A stretch of 64,000 nucleotides of DNA from Octopus vulgaris. Taxonomy: Eukaryota. The stretch is taken from NCBI GenBank assembly GCA_951406725.2, contig OX597814.1, positions 16,802,001 through 16,866,000 on the forward strand, in the 5' to 3' direction. Both the position numbers and the translations under genes were made by a program. Below are positions 12,559 to 26,072 of the stretch, one piece after another. The number at the start of each line of letters is the position of its first letter. Positions within the stretch are counted from its first letter, which is position 1. A model generated the notes under the pieces. It was not told the origin of the DNA. It did no database searches and worked only from the letters and a program-made list of their open reading frames with translations.

Positions 12559-13160
12559 GGCGAGCTGGCAGAAACGTTAGTACGTCGGGCGAAATGCTTA
12601 GCGGTATTTCGTCTGCCGTTAGATGTTCGGAGTTCAAATTCTGCCGAGGTCGACTTTACCTTTCATCCTTTCAGCGTCGATAAATTAAGTACCAGTTACG
12701 CACTGGGGTCGATGTAATCGACTTAATACTTATATCTGTCCTTGTTTGTCCCTTCAATGTTTAGCCCCTTGTGGGTAATAAAGAAATAGGTATTTCGTCT
12801 GCCGTTATATGTTCGGAGTTCAAATTCTGCCGAGGTCGACTTTGCCTTTCATACTTTCGGGTCGATAAATTAAGTACCAGTTACGCACTGAAGTCGATGT
12901 AATCGACTTAATCCGTTTGCCTGTCCTTGTTTGTCCCCTCTGTGTTTAGCCCCCCTTGTAGGTAGTAACGAAATAGGTATTTCGTCTGTCGCTACGTTCT
13001 GAGTTCAAATTTCGCCGAGATCAATCTTTGCCTTTCATCCTTTCGGGGTCGATTAAATAAGTACCAGTTACGCACTGAGGTCTATGTAATCGACTTAATC
13101 CCTTTGTCTGTCATTGTTTGCCCCCTCTATGTTTAGCTCCTTGTGGGCAATAAAGAAATA
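12559..13160 (+). mobile_element. SINE family C head-to-tail trimer
   Basis: Full unit 12559-12788, then 5'-clipped units from 12789 and 12976. Central gcctttcatcctttcggggtcgataaattaagtaccag domain (Nin-like, from memory). Confidence 0.88.
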
Positions 13161-13885
13161 AGATGCGATGATATAGGTTGGCGGAAAAGGGATGAAGGTT
13201 ATGAGGTCAAGGATGCAGAACCATTTAGACGTTCCACTGATCCGATTGCTTGCAGGCCTTTATCCGGTTTTAAGATAGAATTGGGCATTCAATCCTACAA
13301 TTACATCACATATTTTGAGAGAGCAGTAACATTTTCTCAATCATTATCCTTTTTCTGAACTTAGGCACATATTGTATAAAATGAAACTTTGAGTCATTAG
13401 CAATTGGTCCGGTGCTGGTCCACTTAAACCTTTGTACATCACCTCTATGTAGCAGGTATTTCGAGTGAACATCTAGCTGCGTCTCTATAGTGGGTGTCAT
13501 TGCGTGGTATGTGAAAATAAAGGCTATAGTTGAGTATATAATTCTTTATTTTGCTGAACGACTCTAACTGATCTTATTATTGTTATTATTAAAATTTTTA
13601 CTGTATCTGTCAGTGTGAGATGGAAAAATGTATTCCTATGAAAATTACAAATATTATCCTCAATATAGGTAATTGATCAAGATTGAGATTAATGATGAGT
13701 GAAACACTGGTAGATTTGGTGGATTTAGCTCTTGATTTGGTGGATCGAGTGTTTGTAATTCCTGTTGCTGTAATTTCTTCTTTGCAACTTATCATAATGA
13801 AAGTTAATTCTGTTGAACGTGTCCAGAAAGCTGTTTGATTGCTTGTATATCGATGTGCATGTGTTGTATGTTCTTGCGTGTTCGT

Positions 13886-14105
13886 GGTAGAAACGTTAGC
13901 ACGCCGGGCGAAATGCGTAGCCGTATTTCGTCTGCCGTTACTTTCCGAGTTCAAATTCCGCCGAGGTCGACTTTGCCTTTCATCCTTTCGGGGTCGATAA
14001 ATTAAGTACCAGTTACGTACTGGGGTCGATATAATCGACTTAATCCCTTCGTCTGTCCTTGTTTCTCCCTTCTGTGTTTAGCCCCCTGAGGGTAGTAAAG
14101 AAATA
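13886..14105 (+). mobile_element. SINE family C monomer
   Basis: Homology to 12559-12788. Confidence 0.88.
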
Positions 14106-14446
14106 TATGTGTGTGTATGTATGTGTGTGTGCGTGTGTGTGTGAGTGTTAGATTTATGAGTTTTCAACTCCGATTTATGAGTTATCAACTTCTTTTCTCC
14201 TCATTCTCTTTCTTTCCTTCTTTAAATTTCCTTACACTCATGTTTGTATGTATGCCTGTTCATGTTTATAGGTATGACTGTTCTCAATCTCTCATTGTTT
14301 CTTTCTTTATCTCATTTCGTCGTTGCTTATTACATTCTTGAATTTTTATTTCTTTTTTTATGCTAAACCAAAAAAAAAAGGACGATAAAAACCACCGCAA
14401 TCTTCTAGAAACAAAAGAAATTATTCAGCATTTTCAATTAATTTTT

Positions 14447-14678
14447 TCTTTCTTTACTACCCACAAGGGGCTAAACACAGAGAGGACAAACGCGGACAGA
14501 CAGACGGATTAAGTCGATTATATCGAACCCAGTGCGTAACTAGTACTTAATTTATCGACCCCGAAAGGATGAAAGGCAAAGTCGACCTCAGCGGAATTTG
14601 AACTCAGAACGTAACGGCGGACGAAATACGGCTACGCATTTCGCCCGGCGTGCTAACGTTTCTGCCGGCTCGCCGCCT
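14447..14678 (-). mobile_element. SINE family C monomer, inverted relative to 13886-14105
   Basis: Reverse-complement homology. Confidence 0.88.
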
Positions 14679-15382
14679 TATGGATTTGCAAAATAGATGG
14701 GAGTTGAAACAAGTATTTAGGAAGCGAGCAGTCGAATGAACTGCTTTCCAGTATGCGTAGGCAACTACTGGTTTTCTATAAACAACGTCGTCCGGACTTG
14801 TGCCTCGAAGGATAACTTACTAGGTGCAATCTCGTGGTCATTCATGAGCAAAGGGGTCCTTTCCTTGCAGTATATTATCATACCTGAATAAAATATATGA
14901 TACAATTTTATTCTCAACAGTGTAACAAAGTTATTTAATCTAGATATTTTCTGTTTCGATGTCGCTTTTTAATTTCTCTCATTTTATTTCAATTGATTTC
15001 AAATTTGGTCTATTGATGTAGTTTTGTATGCTTATTATTGGCACGAATTTCATTTTAGCAATTAATCAATAAATAAACACTTTTATAGCTTTTAAAGTTT
15101 ACAGATTTTGGGTAATTTTAGACAATCGAGAGCCACACATATATAAGTGATTGTTTCCAGAGTAACAAGACAAGCGTTGGCACTTTCCTGTAAAACCACG
15201 TGGGTTTACGAAAATCAATATATGCTGCTTGCTCTTTTTTTTTTTTCGAAATGGAACTTAGTTTATTTTTTAATACTCTTAAAACTATAAAATGTGTTAA
15301 TTGCTCTTTTTTTTTACCCTTACATTAAAGGCATATTGAATATTTAAAACTACAAAATATGTGTTGCTTACATGTTTTTCGG

Positions 15383-15500
15383 TCATTTTTCGCTTATTAG
15401 ATACTTAAAACACGCGTTATCGTCGCAACGTTGACAATATTGTGTTTTCGTCTTACGATTGCAGTCACACACAAAATGACAGCTTCCAAATTCTTCTTCG
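15383..15500 (-). pseudogene. Possible piggyBac-type transposase C-terminal Cys-rich relic
   Basis: GSCHFVC...RKTKTQYCQRCDDNAC. Imperfect palindrome gtaaaaccacgtgggtttac near 15190-15209. Confidence 0.35.
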
Positions 15501-16059
15501 CTGACACGGTAAAAGATATCAAGCTTTAAAAAAGCTCTGTAACTTAAAAATGAAAGAAAATTCTGGAACAATTGAATTAAACAATGCGATTCAGCATGAA
15601 ATATTAGATCAATACACCAAATTTGAGAATGTTCGCTTAATTTTAAATTTCAAAAAGTGCAGTCAAAGCGAAAAGATCCTTTAATCCAATAAAATTGTCG
15701 TCATCACAAGCTCTAAACCTTCCTGAAGCTCACTTTAAAACCACTAAAACCGGCTCAAAAGAATAATGCATCCATTCAGGAACCATTCTCATAAACTGTA
15801 CCTGTTACCACATCCATATACAAATAATGAGGTCATGAAGAAATTATATTCAAATAAGGTTAAACTCAAGATCACGTTAACATATTCAAATGATTACAAG
15901 TAAGGCTACTTAGAGCAAAATAAGAGACACGATTTCCCTTCTATCCACTGTCAATAGAATGGAGCAATAGATTTGAAAGAATGTTTTTAGGGATCTGCAC
16001 TGAACAGGTGATGAATATCACACGTTGAAAGATGATTCAAAATCTCAAAGTAATTATAC

Positions 16060-16119
<60 letters not shown>

Positions 16120-16429
16120 AGAGAGAGGAGTGAGAGTGATAGACGTATGCATACATAGGTACAGATATGGTATAACATATGGTATACTTATAAACAGGAC
16201 AAATCGATATATAGGTGCATCCAATCACACTAGTACAAATGCATAAATAAACATGAGTGCATATGGATTTATATCAGCGTAATATGTAGATTCACATATA
16301 TATCAATCTACCTATTCGAGTGTGTCAGCGTATTTCCATATCTACATGTGTGTGTATCTGTGCGTGTGTGTGATTGTGTGTGACTGTGTACATATATTTA
16401 AAGACACTTTTCTATGTTGCATTCTTAAA

Positions 16430-16471
16430 ACTTATCTATATATGTATATATATATATATTATATATATATG

Positions 16472-16509
<38 letters not shown>

Positions 16510-16557
16510 TAAATATATAAATGTATATATATATATTATATAAATGTATATATATAT

Positions 16558-16599
<42 letters not shown>

Positions 16600-16615
16600 C
16601 ACATATATATACATA

Positions 16616-16672
<57 letters not shown>

Positions 16673-16673
16673 G

Positions 16674-16752
<79 letters not shown>

Positions 16753-17274
16753 TTTGTAATATAAAACATCTTCATACAGAAATTCTTCGTTAGTCTGTTT
16801 CAGTATTTTCCACTTATTTACTTCGGGGAAACGATAGCTAAATATATTTTCCCCTTTTCCTTCTTTATGAAGCCTGACAAATAATTAGAAATGGCACAGA
16901 AATTGAAGTTCGAATGAAAGGAATGAACAAATTTGTGTAGCATATTTTGTTTTGTGTTTGTTTGCACTAACATATGTTTTTTTTATTCTTAAGGAAAATT
17001 TGTTGAATTCTGTTCTTGTTTAATTTCGATGTAATTTTTTTTGCATGTGTTTGTGTGTGTGTTTGTGTGTGTGTGAGTGTGTGTGCGTGTGAGTGAGAGA
17101 GAAAGAAAGAAAGTGTGTGTGTGTGTTAAATTTTGCGTTTTTATGAGCTTTGTTGAGAGAACTCTTAGAATATATACGCAAGTGAAAGGATAATTTTGCA
17201 TCAGAATAAATACATGCACAAAATAGCAGATACACACACATACACACACACTCACACACACACACACACGCACA

Positions 17275-17317
<43 letters not shown>

Positions 17318-17454
17318 CACTCAGTCACGTATGTGTGCCTACCCGCGCTCACACACATCGATATGCTTCGTCCATCCCATTTAGTAATGATTTTTTCTCA
17401 CTCCGACATGCTTTAATTCTTTATTTAAAAAACATAATATATATAGCTCTATAT

Positions 17455-17520
<66 letters not shown>

Positions 17521-17674
17521 GTATATATATGTATGTATAGGTATGTGTGCGTGTATACGCATGTGTGTGTATATATATATATGTACGTATGTATACATAT
17601 ATATAGCTGCATAATGTTCATATATATACGTGCGGGGTGTTCGAAGATGTATGCGTATATGTACGTGTGCACGT

Positions 17675-17724
<50 letters not shown>

Positions 17725-18035
17725 TCACAAGCACATACAAGCACATACAAGCACATACATCACGAAGAAGTAATTATTTTCTTTTCACTCATATAAAGAA
17801 CACTGTTAGGGGCTATATGTATGTATGCCTTATTTTCTCAATTTGTATTTTAGTTTTTAATTGTATGAGTATATATACAATGTGCAAACATAGATAAACA
17901 TATACATGAAAACATACTCACACACATGTACACACTCTCATACACACAGTGTGTGAATGGAAACCTTATATTTAACGCTGAATGTATATATGTGTGCATA
18001 CAAGTAAGAGCAAGTATATGTGACGTGTGTATTCA

Positions 18036-18076
<41 letters not shown>

Positions 18077-18301
18077 GTATTATGTATGTACATATATGTT
18101 TGTATATATGCATATATATATATATATGTGTGTGTGTATAGGTGTCTATGCATGTATGTACATATATGTATATATGCATATATATATACATATATATATA
18201 TTATTTATAGCATTGAACACCGCACATCCATTTCCAAGTAAATTTGTCTATATATATATATATATATACATATATATATGCATACATACACATATAGATG
18301 G

Positions 18302-18332
<31 letters not shown>

Positions 18333-18393
18333 AATATATATTTACATATATACATATATATATATACATGTATATATACATATATATATACAC

Positions 18394-18487
<94 letters not shown>

Positions 18488-19586
18488 ATTATATAGAAGG
18501 AGCTTCTACAGGACTAGTACTGTTTCATTCAAGAGAAATCTTCAGGAAGCTATTTAACAAGAATTGTATTAGCATTTATACATTTAGGCAGGTTTAAAGG
18601 AGTGGTGGTGGGGGACTTTTTGGGGGTAGGCATAGCGCAAAATATCATACTCGGGGGAGTGGTCAAGGAGTCAGTGGTAAGTTAGATGAAAGAATAGATA
18701 AATAAAATAGATAAATAAAAAAAATATATAAAAAATAAAAAAATAAAAAATAAAAAAATAAAAAAATAAAAAAATAAAAAAATAAAAAAATAAAAAAATA
18801 TAAAAAAATAAAAAAATAAAATAAAAAAATAAAAAAATAAAATGTCCCTTTACATACTGAACACTTGATGAAATTGATTAATAACTAATTAACTTTACCC
18901 TCCCTTGTTGATATATATATACATATGTATATGTGTACATGTATGTATATATATATATGTATATATGTGTGTGTGTGTATGTGTGTATGTATGTATTTGT
19001 ATATGTGTGTGTGTATATGTATGTGTGCGTGTGTGTGTGTATGTATGTGTATGTATACTTGTATATGTATATGCATGAATGTATATATATGTGTGTGTAT
19101 ATGTGTATTATGTATGTATTTATATAGATATGTAGTTTATATATATATATGTATGTATATGCATCTGTCTGTGTGTGTGTATGTGTATATATGTGTATCA
19201 TTTTTGCGTATGTATACATGTATATGTGTACATGTATGTGTGTGTGTGTGTGTATATATGTATATATATATATATGTGTGTATATATATGTATATATATA
19301 TATGTATATATGCATACGTATGTGTATGTACATGTATATATGTATGTGTGTATATGTATATATGTTTATATATGTGAGTATGTAGTGATATAAGTATATG
19401 CATGTGTATGTATGGGTATGTGTATCAGTGTATATGTATATATGTATGTGTGTGTGTATGTATATGTATGTATATGTGTATATATGTATGTGTATATGTG
19501 TATATATATATATATGTGTGTATATGTGTGTATGTATGTGTATGTGTATGTATGTGTATATATGTCTATATATGTATATATATATG

Positions 19587-19644
<58 letters not shown>

Positions 19645-19921
19645 TGCGTGTGTGTATGTATGCATATGTGTATGTATGCATGTATATGTGTATGTATATA
19701 TATGTGTGTAAGTGGGTGCATATATGTATTTGTAAGTATGTGTGCGCGTATGAGTATGTATGTATGTTTGCACACGTGTATATATATGTGTGTGTGTGTA
19801 TATATATGGATGCGCGTGCGTGTGTGCACGTGTATGGGTACGCATGTATATGTGTATGTGCGTGTATGCGTATACGTGTATGTATGTATGTGTGTGCGTA
19901 GATTTGTATATGTATGTGTGA

Positions 19922-19962
<41 letters not shown>

Positions 19963-20146
19963 TATAGATGGGTGTGTGTATGCGTATAAATGCATGTAAG
20001 TATGGATGTATGGATGTATGTATGTATGTATACGTATGTATGTGTGTATGTGTGTATGTATATATATATATGTGTGTATATATGTTTGTGTATGTATATA
20101 TATATGTGTATGTATGTGTGTGTATATGTATGTGTGTATGTGTATG

Positions 20147-20198
<52 letters not shown>

Positions 20199-20655
20199 TA
20201 TGTATCTGTATGTAGGAGTATATATGTGTGTGTGTGTATGTATATGCGGGTATATATATATATATATATGTATATTTATTGGTGTATATGTATAGACTAG
20301 CCTCCTAAAGTGTAGACACGAATCTGTAGGTACGAGTACGTATGTGTATATACGTGAACGTATGTAGATGTTTGTATGTATGAATATAACGCGTGCGTAC
20401 GTGTATGTGTATGAGTGTACGAATGGGTGAATGTACGTGCTAATGAGTGTGCGTGCGGGAATGAGTACTTGCCTTCTAGTAGACAGACAAATGGACAGGC
20501 AGCCATTGCCAGGATTCTTAGCCCTAGCGATCAAAGATAACAAAAGTAATAAATGAAGATAATAAAATTAAAATTAGGGAATGGGCCTGTATTGGATTGT
20601 ATATATATATATATGTATATGTATATTTGTATGTATGTATGTGTGTATGTGTAGG

Positions 20656-20706
<51 letters not shown>

Positions 20707-20760
20707 GTGTGTGTATATATATGTGTATGTATGTATGTGTGTGTAGATACGTATACATGT
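16430..20760. repeat. Large compound (TA)/(TG)/(TATG) microsatellite field
   Basis: Seen directly. Similar fields at about 5430-6860, 31375-31645, 32410-34400 and 60410-62310. Confidence 0.97.
18501..18551 (-). ncRNA. Type-I hammerhead ribozyme (inverted copy of 21147-21197)
   Basis: Exact reverse complement of 21147-21197. Confidence 0.87.
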
Positions 20761-21146
20761 GTGTATAGGTATAAGTGAGAATCTCCTTATTTACCTATAA
20801 CTCTATCCCCCCCTTTTTATATATATATTTTTTTATATTTTTTTATATTTTTTTTATATATATATATTTTATATATATATATTTTTTATATATATTTTTT
20901 ATATTTTTTATTTTTTTATTTTTTTATTTTTTTATTTTTTTATTTTATTTTTTATTTTTTTATTTTTTATATATTTTTTTTATTTATCTATTTTATTTAT
21001 CTATTCTTTCATCTAACTTACCACTGACTCCTTGACCACTCCCCCGAGTATGATATTTTGCGCTATGCCTACCCCCAAAAAGTCCCCCACCACCACTCCT
21101 TTAAACCTGCCTAAATGTATAAATGCTAATACAATTCTTGTTAAAT

Positions 21147-21197
21147 AGCTTCCTGAAGATTTCTCTTGAATGAAACAGTACTAGTCCTGTAGAAGCT
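21147..21197 (+). ncRNA. Type-I hammerhead ribozyme
   Basis: AGCUUC CUGAAGA U-UUC-UCUU-GAA-U GAAA CAG-UACUAGUC-CUG UA GAAGCU. Canonical core, 6-bp stem I, predicted cleavage after 21191. Confidence 0.87.
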
Positions 21198-21280
21198 CCT
21201 TCTATATAATAAATTAATTTTACTCTGCTATGTATTGAGTACCTTACTTACTGTGGTTAACCCCGAATCAACCCGGGACC

Positions 21281-21342
<62 letters not shown>

Positions 21343-21826
21343 TATACACAAACACAGACACATATATATACATATGACAAAACAGTTTCAAAAAGAACAA
21401 TTCAAACTTTTTGAGGGATCCAAAAAGAGAGAATGAATGATTTCTAATAAAGATTCGGCAAGAGCAGGTAATAAGAATATGAAAATAGTAGTTGCAAAAT
21501 TTCATTATAGGTATTACCATACCATAACCAAGTATATAAGGAATAGAGGAATGGAAGATGTTGAGTCAAAATTAAATTTAATAGCAAATTCGATTCAATA
21601 CATACACACGTTTCGAAAGACAATACAAATATGTAATAAAAAAATTATAAGCATAGAAATTATAATTAAATTTAAGCATTGTCATTTTCATCAGTGTGCG
21701 GAGTTTTTGGAAGAACATCAAAAAATATTTAATAAAATAAAATATAATTAGATACAAAGGGGAGAATATAGATGGGCTAATAGGGGAAAATCGGATATTT
21801 ACAAAAAAGTTGTAAAAGGGAAAAAT

Positions 21827-21902
<76 letters not shown>

Positions 21903-21924
21903 TTAATAATAATAATACTATTAT

Positions 21925-22192
21925 TATTGTTGTATTTAGGAATGGTCATTTTGCCAGTTTAGCCAATAAAAACACACGCACTATATATTTGGTGTTACTT
22001 TGCTTCAGTGTTATTTATTTTTTACATTAATCTTAATCTTATTTCGGCCAGAGTTCTTTCGTCACACTCCTGTGACCGCATCAGTGGTCCTTTGTTTTCT
22101 TGTTACTTATTTGTGTCTCTCCTTACTAACCGTCAGCCATTTTATTTTTATTGGCTAAACTGGCAAAATGACCATTCCTAAATACAACAATA
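21925..22192. mobile_element. Short element with 48-bp terminal inverted repeats and an internal hammerhead-like motif (PLE pLTR-like)
   Basis: 21925-21972 is the reverse complement of 22145-22192. Lies between (AAT)n and (ATT)n runs. Confidence 0.7.
22046..22089 (-). ncRNA. Hammerhead-like motif, variant core CUGAUGC
   Basis: Minus strand: GACCA CUGAUGC G GUCACA-GGAG-UGUGAC GAAA GAAC UC UGGCC. A9 is C and stem I has one mismatch. Confidence 0.55.
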
Positions 22193-22274
22193 TCTGTTTC
22201 AACACACGACTTCACATAAAAAATCTTGCACAACAAATATTTAAAAATACTATTATTATTATTATTATTATTAT

Positions 22275-24519
22275 CGTCCAGGTGCTTGTTCAAAGATTGA
22301 ACAAGCACCTGGACGAAAACCACCTGTTTCCAGAAAAGCAGAAAGGATGCCGCAAAGGCTCATATGGCTGTAAAGATCAACTAATGATCAATAAAGCCAT
22401 AACTGAAGACAGCCACAGAAAGAAGAAAGGCCTCAGTATGGCCTGGATCGACTACAGAAACGCGTTTAACAGCACCCCCCACACATGGATCCTCGAAACA
22501 CTAGCTATAAACAAAGTAGCAACAACAATTATAAAATATATAGGACACTCTATGAATAAATGACAGACAGTGCTACAGCTCCAAACAAAAGAGGGACTCG
22601 TGAAAACCAAAGCCATCCCCATTAGAAGTGGAATATTCCAGGGAGACACGCTCTCTCCACTCCTATTCTGCTTGGTACTGTCACCTCTATGCTAAATAGA
22701 ACTGGATGCGGATATAGATGTTACGGCAAAACGATCAGCCACATTTTATATATGGATGACCTAAAACTATACGCTACAAATGACAAACAGCTGGAAACAC
22801 TACTAAAGACAGTTCATGGATTTACCAAAGAAATATATATAAAATTTGGATTAGAAAAATGCGCCAAAGTAACCATGAAAAGAGGAAAACTAGTTAAGAG
22901 TATCAACATCACACTAGATAAAAACCAATGAAATAAAAGAATTATACCAAAGCCAAACTTACAAATACTTAGGAATCCATGAACTAGATAAGACACAACA
23001 CATACAAATGAAAGAGAAAATAAAAAAAAGAATATTATAGACGAGTTAGATCAATACTAAAAACAGAGCTAAATGCTAAAAACAAGATAATAGGTATTAA
23101 AACTTTAGTCGTCCCAGCTATAAGTTACAGCTACAATATCCTTAACTGGACACTAAATGAACTGACCAAAATAGATAGGAAAACAAGAAAAATAATGACA
23201 GGATCTAGGATGCATCACCCAAAATCTGACATAGAAAGACTATATATACAACGTATAGAAGGTGGTAGAGGCCTTATACAGCTGGAAAACTACTATAAAA
23301 TAACCACCATAGGACTGCAAAAATATCTACTTCAGAAGGAAGGAAAACTGATACAAATAGCGGCAAAACACGAGCAAAACAAAAAACTGTTCTCAGTATT
23401 TAAGGAAGCTGACAAATACAAACAAGAAATCATACCACCTAACAAATATAAAGAAGAAGAAGAAGAAGAAGAAGAAGAAGAAGAAGAAGAAGAAGAAGAA
23501 GAAGAAGAGAAAAAAGAAGAAGAAGAAGAAGAAGAAGAAGAAGAAGAAGAAGAAGAAGAAGAAGAAGAAGAAGAAGAAGAAGAAGAAGAAGAAACAACAA
23601 AAACTATAAAACAAATGAAATCCAATACAAACTAGAACAGCAACGAACCATGATAAAACGATGGCAAGAAAAACCCCTTCATGGCAAATAGTGGAGTAAA
23701 CTAAATGCAAAAGAAATAGACAAAGAAAAATCCCAGCAATGGTTGAGAAGTTCAGGACTCAAAGCAGAAACAGAGGGATTCTAATTGCAGCACAAGACCA
23801 AAGCCTCCCCACTAGAAATTACCAAAAACATGTGTTGAAAGAAATATAACAAGTAATTGCAGAATATGTGGAGATGGACAAGAAACAATATATCATATTA
23901 TCTCTGACTGCCCAGTCCTGGCTAAGAAGGAATATATTCACAGACACGACAGAGTCGGGACCTACATACACTGGAAGCTATGCCAACATTATGGAATAAC
24001 AACAGAAAAAAGATGGTACAGGCACATACCAGAAAAGGTCACAGGAAAAGAGAAAGCAACCATACTCTGGGATATGCCGATACACACAGATAGAGAAATT
24101 AAGGCCAACAGACCAGATATAGTTGTCAGAGATCATGAAGAAAAGAATGCTTTCTAAATGATGTATCAATACCGGCAGATGACAACGTGTCTCTAAAAGA
24201 AATGGAGACACTTTCAAAATACAAAGACCTGGAAATAGAGGTAACCAGAATGTGGAATCTAAAAACAGAAACAATTCCTATCATAGTAGGTGCATTAGGC
24301 ATGATAAAAAATATTCAGATAAATAAATAACAAAAACACCAGGACTTACAAACACATATAACATACAGAAGATTGCACTACTAGGCACTGCACACATCTT
24401 ACGCAGAACACTTTCAATACAGTAACCATAATAGCATCACAACAAATCACAGCACATACCTAAGGCACACAGAGCTGCCCTCGGTAGTGAAGTGAAAGCA
24501 CGCTATAAAAATAAAACTA

Positions 24520-24523
<4 letters not shown>
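22275..24523 (+). mobile_element. 5'-truncated, frameshifted R4/Dong-clade non-LTR retrotransposon (RT, CCHC, restriction-like endonuclease)
   Basis: QKGCRKGSYGCKDQL, WIDYRNAFNS, GIFQGDTLSPLLFC, YMDDLKLY, HHPKSDIERLY..R.EGGRGL, CRICG...ET..HIIS.C, HRHD, NRPDIV. 3' UTR ends in (TAA)n. Confidence 0.92.
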
Positions 24524-24599
<76 letters not shown>

Positions 24600-24618
24600 T
24601 AATAATAATAATAATGAA

Positions 24619-24650
<32 letters not shown>

Positions 24651-24689
24651 TTTAAAAAATAAAAAGAAAATGAACGAACTATTGAGTTT

Positions 24690-24788
24690 AGTTTAATGGC
24701 CTACCAATGTATACTGTGAGTTTCTTTGCTCTAGGAGTCGGGAAGACACTCGGCAAGAAATGGAAGCAAATTTGAAAGAAGAAAAAAG
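24690..24788 (+). mobile_element. 3' UTR fragment related to the 29740-30988 lineage
   Basis: ctagg..cgg.a.acactcggc.agaaatggaa..aaatttgaa matches 30925-30975. Followed by (TAA)n. Confidence 0.7.
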
Positions 24789-24800
24789 TAATAATAATCA

Positions 24801-24896
<96 letters not shown>

Positions 24897-25042
24897 TAAT
24901 AATAATGATAATGATGATAACGATAATGAAGATGGGCTTCAGCAAATATTCTGCTCAATACCACAGATTTGCTTGTCGGTTGTTTGACCATAACCAGTTG
25001 AGCATGTCCCTTAGTGGCTGACGATATGTGCATCTCTGCACA

Positions 25043-25218
25043 AGGTTATGTGCCCGTTTATCTTGATATGAGATCACCATGTCGCGCACATATGGTTGTG
25101 ATGCATGTGCCTAGTGTACCCTTATCAGACGGGTAGTCACGATGGTTATACTTGGCTTCGTATATTTTACCCCAACTTCACTTTGATGGCATGCACTGCT
25201 CTCTGACTCAATCATAGT
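25043..25218 (+). repeat. Unclassified ~175-bp (TAA)n-tailed interspersed repeat (partner 42572-42748, minus)
   Basis: Near-identical reverse-complement copy at 42572-42748. Both run into (TAA)n at the same end. Confidence 0.85.
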
Positions 25219-25239
25219 AATAATAATAATAATAATAAT

Positions 25240-25352
<113 letters not shown>

Positions 25353-26072
25353 TAATAATAATATTAATAGTAATAATAATAATAACCATAATAATAATAA
25401 TAATAATAATAATAATAGTGAGAGAGACGAAAAGGAAAAAGAAAGACAATCAATGTGTATGCAAGTCATTATGTGCAGTTAACTATAACATAAAAATATA
25501 AATCTAACGGATATGTTTAAAGAAGTAGTAACAGGTGGACACGAAGAATAATGTAAACAAAGCTACATTTGTATAGTAGAATATAACGCAACAGGTACAC
25601 TGGCAGAGACAAACCATAGTAGGACTGTTTACCTCAGTTTATATATTCGATACAAGAAGCAGGCATTGTCGAGTTATTGAGAAGTTCGCTTTGCAACTTT
25701 TAGATATACGCTTGGATCCCAGTGCGAGGCATCTTAAGCATGTATGCATTTCTATTCTTGATGCAAGATTTGTTGATGAGCCTTTTCACCCTCTCATAGG
25801 TCACTCTTGTTCTATAGATACAGCTATTTGTAGAAGAATGTTTCAGCGGTTTTACATGCTAATTCAAGAAGTAAACTCTCTATTTTATTTATCAAAGGCG
25901 CATTCAAAGTTTTACATCGATTTAAAAATATATTCAGTAAATATTGTACAGCTAGAACGGGCAAAAAAATCTGAGGTATAATATAACGTGTTCAGTCATG
26001 GACCTAAGTGTCAGAATCAGCTAAATGAGATTTTTTGGTAATTAAATATATCAGTTAATTACAGCTATATAT

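Larger units (their letters stand above)
18481..21217. repeat. Long inverted repeat (arms about 18481-18750 and 20945-21217) of hammerhead-bearing pLTR-like sequence around a microsatellite spacer
   Basis: The unique parts of the arms match as reverse complements with no difference seen by eye. The spacer is mostly (TA/TG)n. Confidence 0.9.

Noticed and set aside
16000-20780. Many long ORFs (up to 359 aa) rich in YI, HT and CV
   Set aside because: They are translations of dinucleotide microsatellites that lack stop codons by construction.
21437-21751. 104-aa ORF as a PLE N-terminus (also 2880-3005 minus)
   Set aside because: Only vague compositional resemblance. It would need TBLASTN against PLE consensuses.
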